In this document: positions 32,667 through 40,831 of the stretch, piece by piece
Numbering within the stretch: the first letter of the stretch is position 1
Layout of the letters: each line of letters starts with the position of its first letter
Virus record (IMG/VR): IMGVR_UViG_3300029703_000007
Source of the DNA: a virus
Direction: 5' to 3' (one strand)
DNA: 51,280 nucleotides
Program-made: the position numbers and the translations under genes
Notes under the pieces: model-generated
Told to the model about the DNA's origin: nothing
The model's input: the letters and a program-made list of their open reading frames with translations, nothing else
Databases searched by the model: none

Positions 32667-32695
32667 TTGACAACACTTATAGTTTATGTTAATGT
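32667..32695 (+). promoter_or_regulatory. Rightward promoter TTGACA-17-TAATGT heading the packaging/structural operon
   Basis: TTGACA 32667-32672, TAATGT 32690-32695, then AAGGAG SD and ATG 32719. Confidence 0.6.
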
Positions 32696-32718
32696 CCTTT
32701 CTGAAAGGAGAAAATTCC

Positions 32719-33504
32719 ATGTATTTAACGATTGATAGCGTTAGAAAATGGCGAGTTTATAAAGTATACGATGAACTCGGAGAACTCGTTTACATGAACG
32801 CAGCAAAACTGCCTGATATAGTTGCTTTACGTAACATTTCCTGTGCAAGGTCTTTCAATCCTTTGATGACTTATAAAGTTGTCATTGGGGATAAAGAATA
32901 TGATAAAAAAACTGATGCAATGAATGATGTTGTCAAAAACATCCCTTACAAAACGCCTAAATTTAATTTGGAGGTCAGAGGATATATGAATGACAGATTC
33001 ATTGTTTGCGACCAGACAAATGAGATATTCAGAAGTCAATATGAAGCTTGTCAAAGATATGGTATAAATAAATCGAATTTAAGCAACCATCTGCGGGATA
33101 GAAATTTAATCAGAACGGTTAAAGGTTTTTCATTCCATTATTATAATGCTTTGGACGAACAAAGACAGCTTATGAAGAAGTGGACGCCGCTTATGTATAA
33201 TATAAGCGGGCAATATTGGGGGAATTTTGACGCGGAGCAAGTCTACAAAAGCTATAAGTACCGTCATCCGCTTGATGATTCACAGCCGAACAAGCCTGCT
33301 TTTAATTATACGCCTTGGGCGCCTATTATTCCTGACGGCAATGACCCTATTCCTCCCGAAGCGTTAAGGTTCCCGGTGCCGGGACAGACCCCCCTTCCGG
33401 TTCGGCACTGTAATCTTCAGGCATTGTATGAAACCGAGGAGCTTCCGTGGCATCGGCCTAACAGCTCAAGACAGATTGACTTAGGAGATAATCCATGCTA
33501 TTGA
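32719..33504 (+). CDS. Protein with homing-endonuclease-type HTH; compositionally chimeric (261 aa; ORF-track 32686)
   Basis: IFRSQYEACQRYGINKSNLSNHLRDRNLIRTVKGFSFHYY; the 3' third (from ~33180) is markedly GC-richer. Confidence 0.55.
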   Translation: MYLTIDSVRKWRVYKVYDELGELVYMNAAKLPDIVALRNISCARSFNPLMTYKVVIGDKEYDKKTDAMNDVVKNIPYKTPKFNLEVRGYMNDRFIVCDQTNEIFRSQYEACQRYGINKSNLSNHLRDRNLIRTVKGFSFHYYNALDEQRQLMKKWTPLMYNISGQYWGNFDAEQVYKSYKYRHPLDDSQPNKPAFNYTPWAPIIPDGNDPIPPEALRFPVPGQTPLPVRHCNLQALYETEELPWHRPNSSRQIDLGDNPCY

Positions 33505-33854
33505 ACAACAGAGAATATTATATATTTATCAGGGACGGTGAGTACATGGTCGGCAAACTGATACACGCTCTTAAAAAAGGGGACGATATAGAGGTGCTGG
33601 GTCATGCGGATACTAAATTTGAGGCTTATCAACTGCTTGAGGCGCTTACCGGCCAGCGCCCCTTTATGCTGCATCGCGCCCTTCGGCCGGTAGAGTGCGT
33701 AGAGACGGGTGAGAGGTTCCCGTCGGCGGCGGCGGCCTGTGCAAGATACGGTATCTCTGCACCTCTTATGAGTATGCATCTTGGCTGCAAACCGTGCTAT
33801 AATACCTGTAAAGGCCTGCGCTTTAAATATGTAGAGGACAAGGAGACAAATTAA
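33495..33854 (+). CDS. Small protein with the same HTH module (119 aa)
   Basis: RFPSAAAACARYGISAPLMSMHLGCKPCYNTCKGLRFKYV. Confidence 0.55.
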   Translation: MLLNNREYYIFIRDGEYMVGKLIHALKKGDDIEVLGHADTKFEAYQLLEALTGQRPFMLHRALRPVECVETGERFPSAAAACARYGISAPLMSMHLGCKPCYNTCKGLRFKYVEDKETN

Positions 33855-33857
33855 TAT

Positions 33858-34475
33858 ATGACATCCTGTTATCCTACAAGTGCTTATGATATGATAACCG
33901 AGGCGGAGAGAGCCGTTCTCGAGGAATATGTCAGCTATGCTGTGGCAGAGCAACAGCGCAAACATCAACGAGTGGACCTTGCGCTTAATTTGCCCGTGCC
34001 GGCTGAGTTTATGCGCAAGGGGAGAAACTGCTTTGTTAAACCGGTGGTACTTGCGGCTCTTAGAGAGCGGCTTTTAGAGGAGAGCGCCAATCGCGATATA
34101 TCGCCTGACAGAGTGATAAGGGAATATGGGAAGATAGCATTTAGTGATATTAGCGATTATCTTGAGCAGGGGGCGCTTGGGTCTGTCCAACTTAAAGACT
34201 TCGACACCATTTCAGCTGATAAACTCGGCGCTGTCAAAAGCGTGGAAACACGCGTGGGAGCTAACGGCATGTCACAGGTCAAACTTGTGTTGCATGATAA
34301 ATTTCCTGCACTTAAAGCTTTAGCCGAGCTTATGGGGCTGCAAGCTCCTGACGCCCCCCCGGCACTTGAAGGATATGTCAAACAGGAGATACGCTCCATG
34401 GAGCAGGCGGCATTGCAAGCTCCTGAGGCAGAGTATGAGGAGCTGCTGGAGGAGGTTAACCGTGGGGACGACTAG
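33858..34475 (+). CDS. terS: Terminase small subunit (205 aa)
   Basis: Position immediately upstream of TerL; C-terminal ...KLVLHDKFPALKALAELMGL typical of Terminase_2-type small subunits. Confidence 0.7.
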   Translation: MTSCYPTSAYDMITEAERAVLEEYVSYAVAEQQRKHQRVDLALNLPVPAEFMRKGRNCFVKPVVLAALRERLLEESANRDISPDRVIREYGKIAFSDISDYLEQGALGSVQLKDFDTISADKLGAVKSVETRVGANGMSQVKLVLHDKFPALKALAELMGLQAPDAPPALEGYVKQEIRSMEQAALQAPEAEYEELLEEVNRGDD

Positions 34476-34479
34476 CAGC

Positions 34480-36204
34480 ATGAGGGCGTTGACGAGTGGG
34501 AGTGTGTCAGATGTTCAGATACGACCTTGGCATCCCTGCCCGCTTGACAATAACTCATGGCCGCCTGACTATAAAGCAGTGTATGCATGGCGGACCGCTA
34601 TGTTGCGCAAACTCCGTTCAACACCCGGTGCACTTGAGGCAGCTCGTGCTTATTATAGTACGCGGCCCGGGAATTTTATAATGGACTGGATGGATACATA
34701 TGACCCGAGACGGCAACATAACAAATGGGTGCCTTTCATCTTCTTTAAACGCCAACAGGAGGTAATAGACTTCTTTGAGAGTTGCTCAAGTGACAAAGAG
34801 AGCGGGCTGGTGGAGAAATGCAGAGACTTTGGGCTGACATGGCTTGCCTGCGCTTATTCCGTATGGCGATGGCTTTTTATTAAAAACGATGCTGTCGGAT
34901 GGGGGAGCCGTAAAGAGACGCTTGTCGACAAGCCGGGGGACCCGGACAGCATATTTGAAAAAATAAGGCTTATCTTGCATAGGCTTCCTCGACTTTGGCT
35001 GCCTGAGGGGTTTAGCTTCGGGCGGAATTGTACTTATATGAAATTGCTTAATCCGGCTACAGGAGCCATTATCGCCGGAGAGGCAGGGGATAATATCGGA
35101 CGCGGCGGTCGTCGAAGCTGCTATTTTGTTGACGAAGCCGCGCATATTGAGAGAGCAGAGAAAGTAGAGGCGGCTTTAGGAGATAATACTAACGTCCGTA
35201 TTGATATTTCATCAGTGAATGGTGTCGGGAACGTTTTTCATCGAAGACGTGAAAATGGTGTTGTATGGACTCCGGAGCGAAAGGAATACCCGATTGGTTA
35301 TGTTAGAGTATTTGTAGCGGATTGGCGCGACCATCCGACTAAAACCCAAGAATGGTATGACGCTCGTAAAGCTCGGTATGAACGAGAGGGTATGGCACAT
35401 ATTTTTGCACAGGAGGTTGACCGCAATTATGCTGCCGCAGTCAGCAATACCGTCATTACATACGAGTGGATACTGGCGGCTATAGACGCTCATGTTAAAC
35501 TTCCTTGGCTAGGAGAGGCTGTAGAAGCTCATAAAGACGAATGGACGGCCGGGCTTGACGTGGCTGACGAAGGTAATGACCGGAATGCGCTAAGCTTGCG
35601 GCAATTTGTCGTGTGGCGGCAAGTGGACGAGTGGGGAGAAAGAGACCCCGGAATCTCCGCTCGTAAAGCTGTATTGGCATGTCGTCCTCATGCCGGTAAC
35701 ATTACCTGCCAATACGATTGTATTGGTGTAGGAGCGGGTGTTAAAACAGAATATAACAGACTTGCAACCGACGATGGGGTAATAGATGCAAGGCGGATAC
35801 CTTTTATTCCATGGAATGCGGGTGCGGCTGTGGAGAGACCTTTTGAAAGAATTATACCTGATGACAGAGAAAGCTTGCAAAATAAAGATTTTTTTGATAA
35901 CTTGAAGGCACAGGCTTGGTGGTCTATACGCACAAGATTTTATAAAACCTATAAAGCTGTAACGGAAGGTATAAGATATAATCCAGAAGAACTTATATCT
36001 ATTGACAGTTCGATGCAACTTTTGGAACAGGTGAAAAAAGAACTTATGCAACCGACAGTCGGGTACAGTTCTCGGCTTAAAATGCTGATTGAAAAGAAAC
36101 CGAATGGAATGAGGTCACCTAACTTAGCCGACAGCGGTGTTATGGCTTTTTTTCCTCTGTCGGAGAATACAAATTACAGTGTGATTGGTTCATATGGGAT
36201 ATAA
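34480..36204 (+). CDS. terL: Terminase large subunit (574 aa; ORF-track 34366)
   Basis: ATG 34480 lies 4 nt after the TerS stop; Walker B-like CYFVDEAAHI; size and position before portal. Confidence 0.85.
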   Translation: MRALTSGSVSDVQIRPWHPCPLDNNSWPPDYKAVYAWRTAMLRKLRSTPGALEAARAYYSTRPGNFIMDWMDTYDPRRQHNKWVPFIFFKRQQEVIDFFESCSSDKESGLVEKCRDFGLTWLACAYSVWRWLFIKNDAVGWGSRKETLVDKPGDPDSIFEKIRLILHRLPRLWLPEGFSFGRNCTYMKLLNPATGAIIAGEAGDNIGRGGRRSCYFVDEAAHIERAEKVEAALGDNTNVRIDISSVNGVGNVFHRRRENGVVWTPERKEYPIGYVRVFVADWRDHPTKTQEWYDARKARYEREGMAHIFAQEVDRNYAAAVSNTVITYEWILAAIDAHVKLPWLGEAVEAHKDEWTAGLDVADEGNDRNALSLRQFVVWRQVDEWGERDPGISARKAVLACRPHAGNITCQYDCIGVGAGVKTEYNRLATDDGVIDARRIPFIPWNAGAAVERPFERIIPDDRESLQNKDFFDNLKAQAWWSIRTRFYKTYKAVTEGIRYNPEELISIDSSMQLLEQVKKELMQPTVGYSSRLKMLIEKKPNGMRSPNLADSGVMAFFPLSENTNYSVIGSYGI

Positions 36205-36206
36205 AC

Positions 36207-37685
36207 ATGGTTAAAAAATCAGAGATGTTAAAACGGTCACCAGACATTGAAACTATGGTACCGTATTGGGATAAAGTAACAGATATTCTTAACGGAAAAG
36301 AAGCTATAAAATCTGCTGGAACGGCTTATATGCCCATGTTTCCTGACGAAACGACCAAAGATTATGATTTCAGATTACAAATCAGTAAATTTACAAATAT
36401 TTATCGTGATACTGTTGAAGGTCTTGCAAGTAAACCGTTTCAGAATGAAATAACACTTTTAGGTGGTAAAAATCTTCCAGAGGAATTGATTGATTTTGCT
36501 GAAAACGTAGATGGTGCGGGTAATAATTTAACTAATTTTGCAGCTTTAACTTTTTTTAACGGTATTAATTACGCTCTCGATTGGATATTTGTCGATTATC
36601 CTTCTGTACCAAATGCTGAAGTTATTACTGTTAGTGAAGCTAAAAATATGAATTTACGTCCGTTTTGGGTACATATTTTAGCTAAAAATGTAATTGAAAT
36701 TAAAACGGAAATGCAAGGTTCAGAGCAAATTATAACATATTTTAAACATATGGAACCGGGTTTTGGCGATGACCCCATGCATGTCAGAGAGTTTATAAAA
36801 AATGAAAATGGACAAATCGAATGGCGACTTTATGTTGAAACATTAAACAATAAAGATGAAGAAGAATTTGTTGTAGAACAAGAAGGGACATTGAGTATTG
36901 ATTTTATCCCAATGGTACCTTTTATTACCGGTCGTCGAGATGGTAAAAGTTTTAAATTTTATCCACCTATGTCCGATGCCGCAGACTTGCAGATAACGCT
37001 TTATCAGAACGAATCAGCGCTTGAATATATCAAAATGCTTACAAGTTACCCGATGCTTGCAACTGACGGTACAAGGGTACCTATGGAGGCTGACGGTAAG
37101 ACACCTAAAAAAGTTGCTGTCGGACCTAACAGAGTGCTTTACGGTGTCCCGCAAGACAGTGGTGTTGGAGGCAGTTGGAAATATGTTGAACCGCAAGCAA
37201 ATAGCTTGGAATTTTTACAGAAAAATATTGATAAGACTAAAAATGACCTGCGCGAACTGGGTCGGCAACCGCTTACCGCACTTTCAACACAGTTGACGAC
37301 AGTTACAACTTCTATTGCCGCTGGTAAAGCCAAATCCGCTGTTACAGCATGGTGTTTTAATCTTAAAGATGCTTTGGAAAATGCTTTACTAATAACAATG
37401 AAATGGATGAATTCGAAATTTGAACCAGAAGTTAACGTTTATACTGGTTTTGATAACGTACTTGATAATGAACAGGATGTTGAAGAATTAGGCAAAGCTC
37501 GTGAACGTGGGGATATTTCATTAGAAACTTATTGGGAAGAATTAAAAAGACGTAAAGTTCTTTCCCCTGAATTTGATATTGAAAATGAGAAAAAAAGATT
37601 ACTTGAGGATATTCCGGTAGATGAACCGGATATTAATTCTGGAAATAAAGCAAATAACAATTTTAACCAAGACGAGGAAATGTAA
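36207..37685 (+). CDS. Portal protein (492 aa)
   Basis: Size and position after TerL; tight coupling. Confidence 0.8.
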   Translation: MVKKSEMLKRSPDIETMVPYWDKVTDILNGKEAIKSAGTAYMPMFPDETTKDYDFRLQISKFTNIYRDTVEGLASKPFQNEITLLGGKNLPEELIDFAENVDGAGNNLTNFAALTFFNGINYALDWIFVDYPSVPNAEVITVSEAKNMNLRPFWVHILAKNVIEIKTEMQGSEQIITYFKHMEPGFGDDPMHVREFIKNENGQIEWRLYVETLNNKDEEEFVVEQEGTLSIDFIPMVPFITGRRDGKSFKFYPPMSDAADLQITLYQNESALEYIKMLTSYPMLATDGTRVPMEADGKTPKKVAVGPNRVLYGVPQDSGVGGSWKYVEPQANSLEFLQKNIDKTKNDLRELGRQPLTALSTQLTTVTTSIAAGKAKSAVTAWCFNLKDALENALLITMKWMNSKFEPEVNVYTGFDNVLDNEQDVEELGKARERGDISLETYWEELKRRKVLSPEFDIENEKKRLLEDIPVDEPDINSGNKANNNFNQDEEM

Positions 37686-38443
37686 TGAGTAGAGGATGGA
37701 AATTTGATGATACTGGAAACATCATTGTAAAAGATGGTAACCCGGTTTATATTAATACTAACGGTGATGAACAAACTGTATCTGTAGATACTATTGCTAA
37801 TTTAAACAGAGAAGCAAGAGATAACAGACTTGCAAAAGAAGAAGCTTTGGATAAGCTTAAACTTTTTGAAGGTATTGACCCGTCAAAAGCTCGTGAAGCT
37901 TTGGAAACTGTTAGTAAAATTGATAACAATAAACTTATTGAAACTGGTAAGGTAGATGAACTTAAATCTCAAATTACTTCACAGTTTCAGACTCAGTTAG
38001 ATGAAAAAACCAAAGCTTTATCCGAATTGCAGGGTAAATACGAAAATATGATTATTGACAATGTATTTGCTAACAGTGATTTCATTCGTAACAACGTTGC
38101 TGTTCCAAGAGATATGTTTGAAGCTAAGTTTCGTAACAATTTTAAAGTTGAAAATGGGCAGGTAACTGTCTATGACAATAATGGAAATCGTCTTTACAGT
38201 AAAGAGAAAGCGGGCGAATACGCAACCCCGGAAGAAGCTTTGCAGATTTTAACCGAAAGTCATCCTCAGCGTGATAGCATTCTTCGTGCTAACGCAGGAA
38301 ACGGTACGGGAAGTTCTGGTGCTGGTGGTGGCAATGGCGGTTCGCGATACATGCAGCGAGGAGTTTTTGAAAAACTTTCGCCTCAGCAACAGTTGGAATA
38401 TGCTAAGAAAATGGCAAAAGGTGAAATTACCTTGACAGATTAA
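37685..38443 (+). CDS. Scaffolding protein (252 aa)
   Basis: Coiled-coil, charged, between portal and capsid genes. Confidence 0.6.
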   Translation: MSRGWKFDDTGNIIVKDGNPVYINTNGDEQTVSVDTIANLNREARDNRLAKEEALDKLKLFEGIDPSKAREALETVSKIDNNKLIETGKVDELKSQITSQFQTQLDEKTKALSELQGKYENMIIDNVFANSDFIRNNVAVPRDMFEAKFRNNFKVENGQVTVYDNNGNRLYSKEKAGEYATPEEALQILTESHPQRDSILRANAGNGTGSSGAGGGNGGSRYMQRGVFEKLSPQQQLEYAKKMAKGEITLTD

Positions 38444-38486
38444 AAAGTAACTGTTAAAGTATAGTTGCTTTTTTCTAGGATTAGAT

Positions 38487-38579
38487 GAGCGCATCAGGTT
38501 GGATGACCTAAATCAATCAATCGGTGCGCTTTTTTTACGCACCAAATAAAGTTTAACAAAATTTGAAAGGTGCTGATTT
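38487..38579 (+). promoter_or_regulatory. Conserved structured leader, copy A (upstream of major capsid gene)
   Basis: ~88% identical to 42690-42780; segments GAGCGCA, GGTGCGC, CGCACC and SD GGTGCT conserved. Confidence 0.7.
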
Positions 38580-39725
38580 ATGGCTAATATTTTGACTAAA
38601 CTCATCCCTGACCTGTATCAGAATTTGGATGAAGTTTCTCGTGAGCTTACTGGTTTTCTGCCGTCAGTAGCTCGTAATTCTTCAGCTGCTCGAGCTGCTC
38701 TTGGTGAATCTGTTACTGTACCGGTAAGTACGGCTATGGAATCTGGAGATGTTACCCCGTCTATGAATGTTCCTGAGCCTGAAGATTTTACAATGGATAA
38801 TGTTGCTATTCAGATTACGAAATCTCGTAATGTTTCTTTTGGTTTGACTGGTGAAGAATTTCAGGGTCTGAACAATGGTGTTGGAGCTAATTACATTCTT
38901 GGAGAAAACATCAAACAGGCTGTTCGTACTTTGGCTAATGAAATGGAAAAAGACGTTGCAATTGAAGCGGCAATTTCTTCTTCCCGTGCTTATGGTACGG
39001 CTGGAACTACCCCGTTTGCAGCTAATTTGTCTGACGCTGCTCAGATTAAGAAAATTATGGACGATAATGGAGCGCCGATGAGCGGACGTTCTTTGATTGT
39101 CGATACTACGGCCGGTGTTAATCTTCGTTCTTTGACTCAGTTGACTAATGTTGGTGATGCTGGTACTAATATGACCTTGAGACAGGGTGAATTGCTGAAT
39201 ATGTTCGGTATTTCAATTAAAGAATCTGCTGGTATTCAGAATGTTGCTCAGTCAGTGATTGAAGGGGTTACTCTTGAAGCTGTCGATGCTGGTGCTACTG
39301 AATTGACAATTAAAGCTGCTACCTCTGGTTCTCTGAAAGCTGGTGATATTATTACTATTGCTGGAGATGATAACAAATATGTAGTCGCCGTTGCTAACAG
39401 TGCTTTGTCTCCAGCTGGTAAAATTAAAATTGCTAAACCGGGTCTCCTTCATGGAGCAGCTGATGGTGCGGCGGTTACTGTTGTTGCGGCTTCTGCTCGA
39501 AACATTGCTTTTACGCAGAATGCTATTCAGTTGGTTACTCGTGCTCCGGCTCTTCCGGCTGGGCGTGATGCGGCTGTCGATAGTTATATTATGACCGACT
39601 CACGTTCGGGTATGGCTTTTGAAGTCCGTGTATATCAGGGCTACAGAAAGATGCGTATGGAAGTTGCCTGCGCATGGGGTGTTAAGGTTATTAAACCTGA
39701 ACACGTCGTAACCTTGCTTGGTTAA
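38580..39725 (+). CDS. Major capsid protein, P22-coat-like (381 aa)
   Basis: Position, size, downstream terminator; N-terminal MANILTKLIPDLYQNLDEVSRELTGFLPSV resembles P22-type coat proteins. Confidence 0.8.
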   Translation: MANILTKLIPDLYQNLDEVSRELTGFLPSVARNSSAARAALGESVTVPVSTAMESGDVTPSMNVPEPEDFTMDNVAIQITKSRNVSFGLTGEEFQGLNNGVGANYILGENIKQAVRTLANEMEKDVAIEAAISSSRAYGTAGTTPFAANLSDAAQIKKIMDDNGAPMSGRSLIVDTTAGVNLRSLTQLTNVGDAGTNMTLRQGELLNMFGISIKESAGIQNVAQSVIEGVTLEAVDAGATELTIKAATSGSLKAGDIITIAGDDNKYVVAVANSALSPAGKIKIAKPGLLHGAADGAAVTVVAASARNIAFTQNAIQLVTRAPALPAGRDAAVDSYIMTDSRSGMAFEVRVYQGYRKMRMEVACAWGVKVIKPEHVVTLLG

Positions 39726-39735
39726 GGTAAAAAAG

Positions 39736-39769
39736 GGGGAGTAGACCTCTTTACTCCCCTAATTTTTAT
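39736..39769 (+). terminator. Rho-independent terminator after the capsid gene
   Basis: GGGGAGTA(39736-39743)/TACTCCCC(39752-39759) then TAATTTTTAT. Confidence 0.75.
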
Positions 39770-39780
39770 GGAGATTGAAA

Positions 39781-39960
39781 ATGAGTATTTTACCGACTAT
39801 GAAAGTGAAACATAAAAAATATGGGATTGAAATGATTATCAATCAATCTGATTTTGATGAAAATATTTATGAAGATTTGAATAAAAAATCTGTTAAATCA
39901 GAAAAGAAAAAAGCTGATAAAATTGATGATGAATTGAAAGCCCTTATGGGGGAAAAATAA
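39781..39960 (+). CDS. Hypothetical small protein (59 aa; ORF-track 39775)
   Basis: ORF track. Confidence 0.5.
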   Translation: MSILPTMKVKHKKYGIEMIINQSDFDENIYEDLNKKSVKSEKKKADKIDDELKALMGEK

Positions 39961-40469
39961 TGTTTTACGGTAACGTTGAGGATTTTAAAAATTATTGCAC
40001 GTTAAGAAATAAAGTTCTACCTGAAACGTGGACTAATAAAATGATTGAATCAGCGTTACTGATTTCTTCTGAATGGCTTGACAGTAAATATGAAAATATT
40101 TTTATCGGTTATAAAGCTAATGGATATAAACAGGAGCGTAGTTGGCCGAGAGAAGCTGCTGTTGTTCAAAATTATCCGTATTATTTATTTGCAAAAGATG
40201 AAATCCCGGAACAACTTAATAAAGCAACTTATGAAGCTGCGTTTCGTAATTTGACTTCACCGGGTTCTTTGGAAGTTGATTTTACCCCTAATCAATATAA
40301 ATCTGTTAGAATTGAAGGGGGTGTTTCAGTTGAATACAATTCATCGCTTGCATATGCTTCTGATATACAAACAGAAATACCAATTATTCAAAGTTTGATG
40401 AGTGATTTAATTGATTATGATAAATCCGGTTCGTTTAGTCGAATATCCGGGAGAGTGAGTCGTGTATGA
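39960..40469 (+). CDS. Head-tail connector/adaptor candidate (169 aa)
   Basis: Position after capsid; ATAATG coupling. Confidence 0.5.
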   Translation: MFYGNVEDFKNYCTLRNKVLPETWTNKMIESALLISSEWLDSKYENIFIGYKANGYKQERSWPREAAVVQNYPYYLFAKDEIPEQLNKATYEAAFRNLTSPGSLEVDFTPNQYKSVRIEGGVSVEYNSSLAYASDIQTEIPIIQSLMSDLIDYDKSGSFSRISGRVSRV

Positions 40470-40831
40470 GTATTTACAACGATTTACAAAATGTTGCTTC
40501 AAATCTTTTGAAACAATTTAAACAAGGGTCAATAGAACTTATTCAATTTGTTTATCCTGAAAATTCAACACCAGATAATCCCGGAAAACTCGAAGAGGTT
40601 GTAACACCTTTAGATGCCGTTGCCAATGGTGAACGTTTTAAGTTTATGAATACAAGTTTTATAAACTCTTCTGATATTGAGGTTATAACAGCAGTTGTTG
40701 AGGGAATAACTCCTTCGGTAAATGATTTTATCAACATTGACGGTGTGAAATACAAAGTAATACAATTTAATCCGTTACCTGCCGCAGGGACGGCTTGTGC
40801 ATGGAAGTTTATTGTTCGCAAGGGGGGTTAA
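40466..40831 (+). CDS. Head-tail joining protein candidate (121 aa)
   Basis: Position; ATGA overlap. Confidence 0.45.
   Translation: MSIYNDLQNVASNLLKQFKQGSIELIQFVYPENSTPDNPGKLEEVVTPLDAVANGERFKFMNTSFINSSDIEVITAVVEGITPSVNDFINIDGVKYKVIQFNPLPAAGTACAWKFIVRKGG

Larger units (their letters stand above)
32289..32692 (+). repeat. Array of at least 11 same-orientation TGTTAA hexamers, including TGTTAAAAA x2-3 and TAATGTTGT tandem units
   Basis: TGTTAA at 32289, 32313, 32322, 32392, 32548, 32557, 32563, 32581, 32587, 32687 (starts), plus variants. Confidence 0.8.

Noticed and set aside
33498-36051. Several long minus-strand ORFs (33498..33968, 34157..34399, 34786..35145, 35212..35493, 35590..36051, 35688..35933) antisense to the terminase genes
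   Set aside because: They lie in the GC-rich island, where stop codons are rare on all frames. They have odd Arg/Cys/Ser-rich composition and no RBS, and they overlap well-supported TerS/TerL coding sequence.
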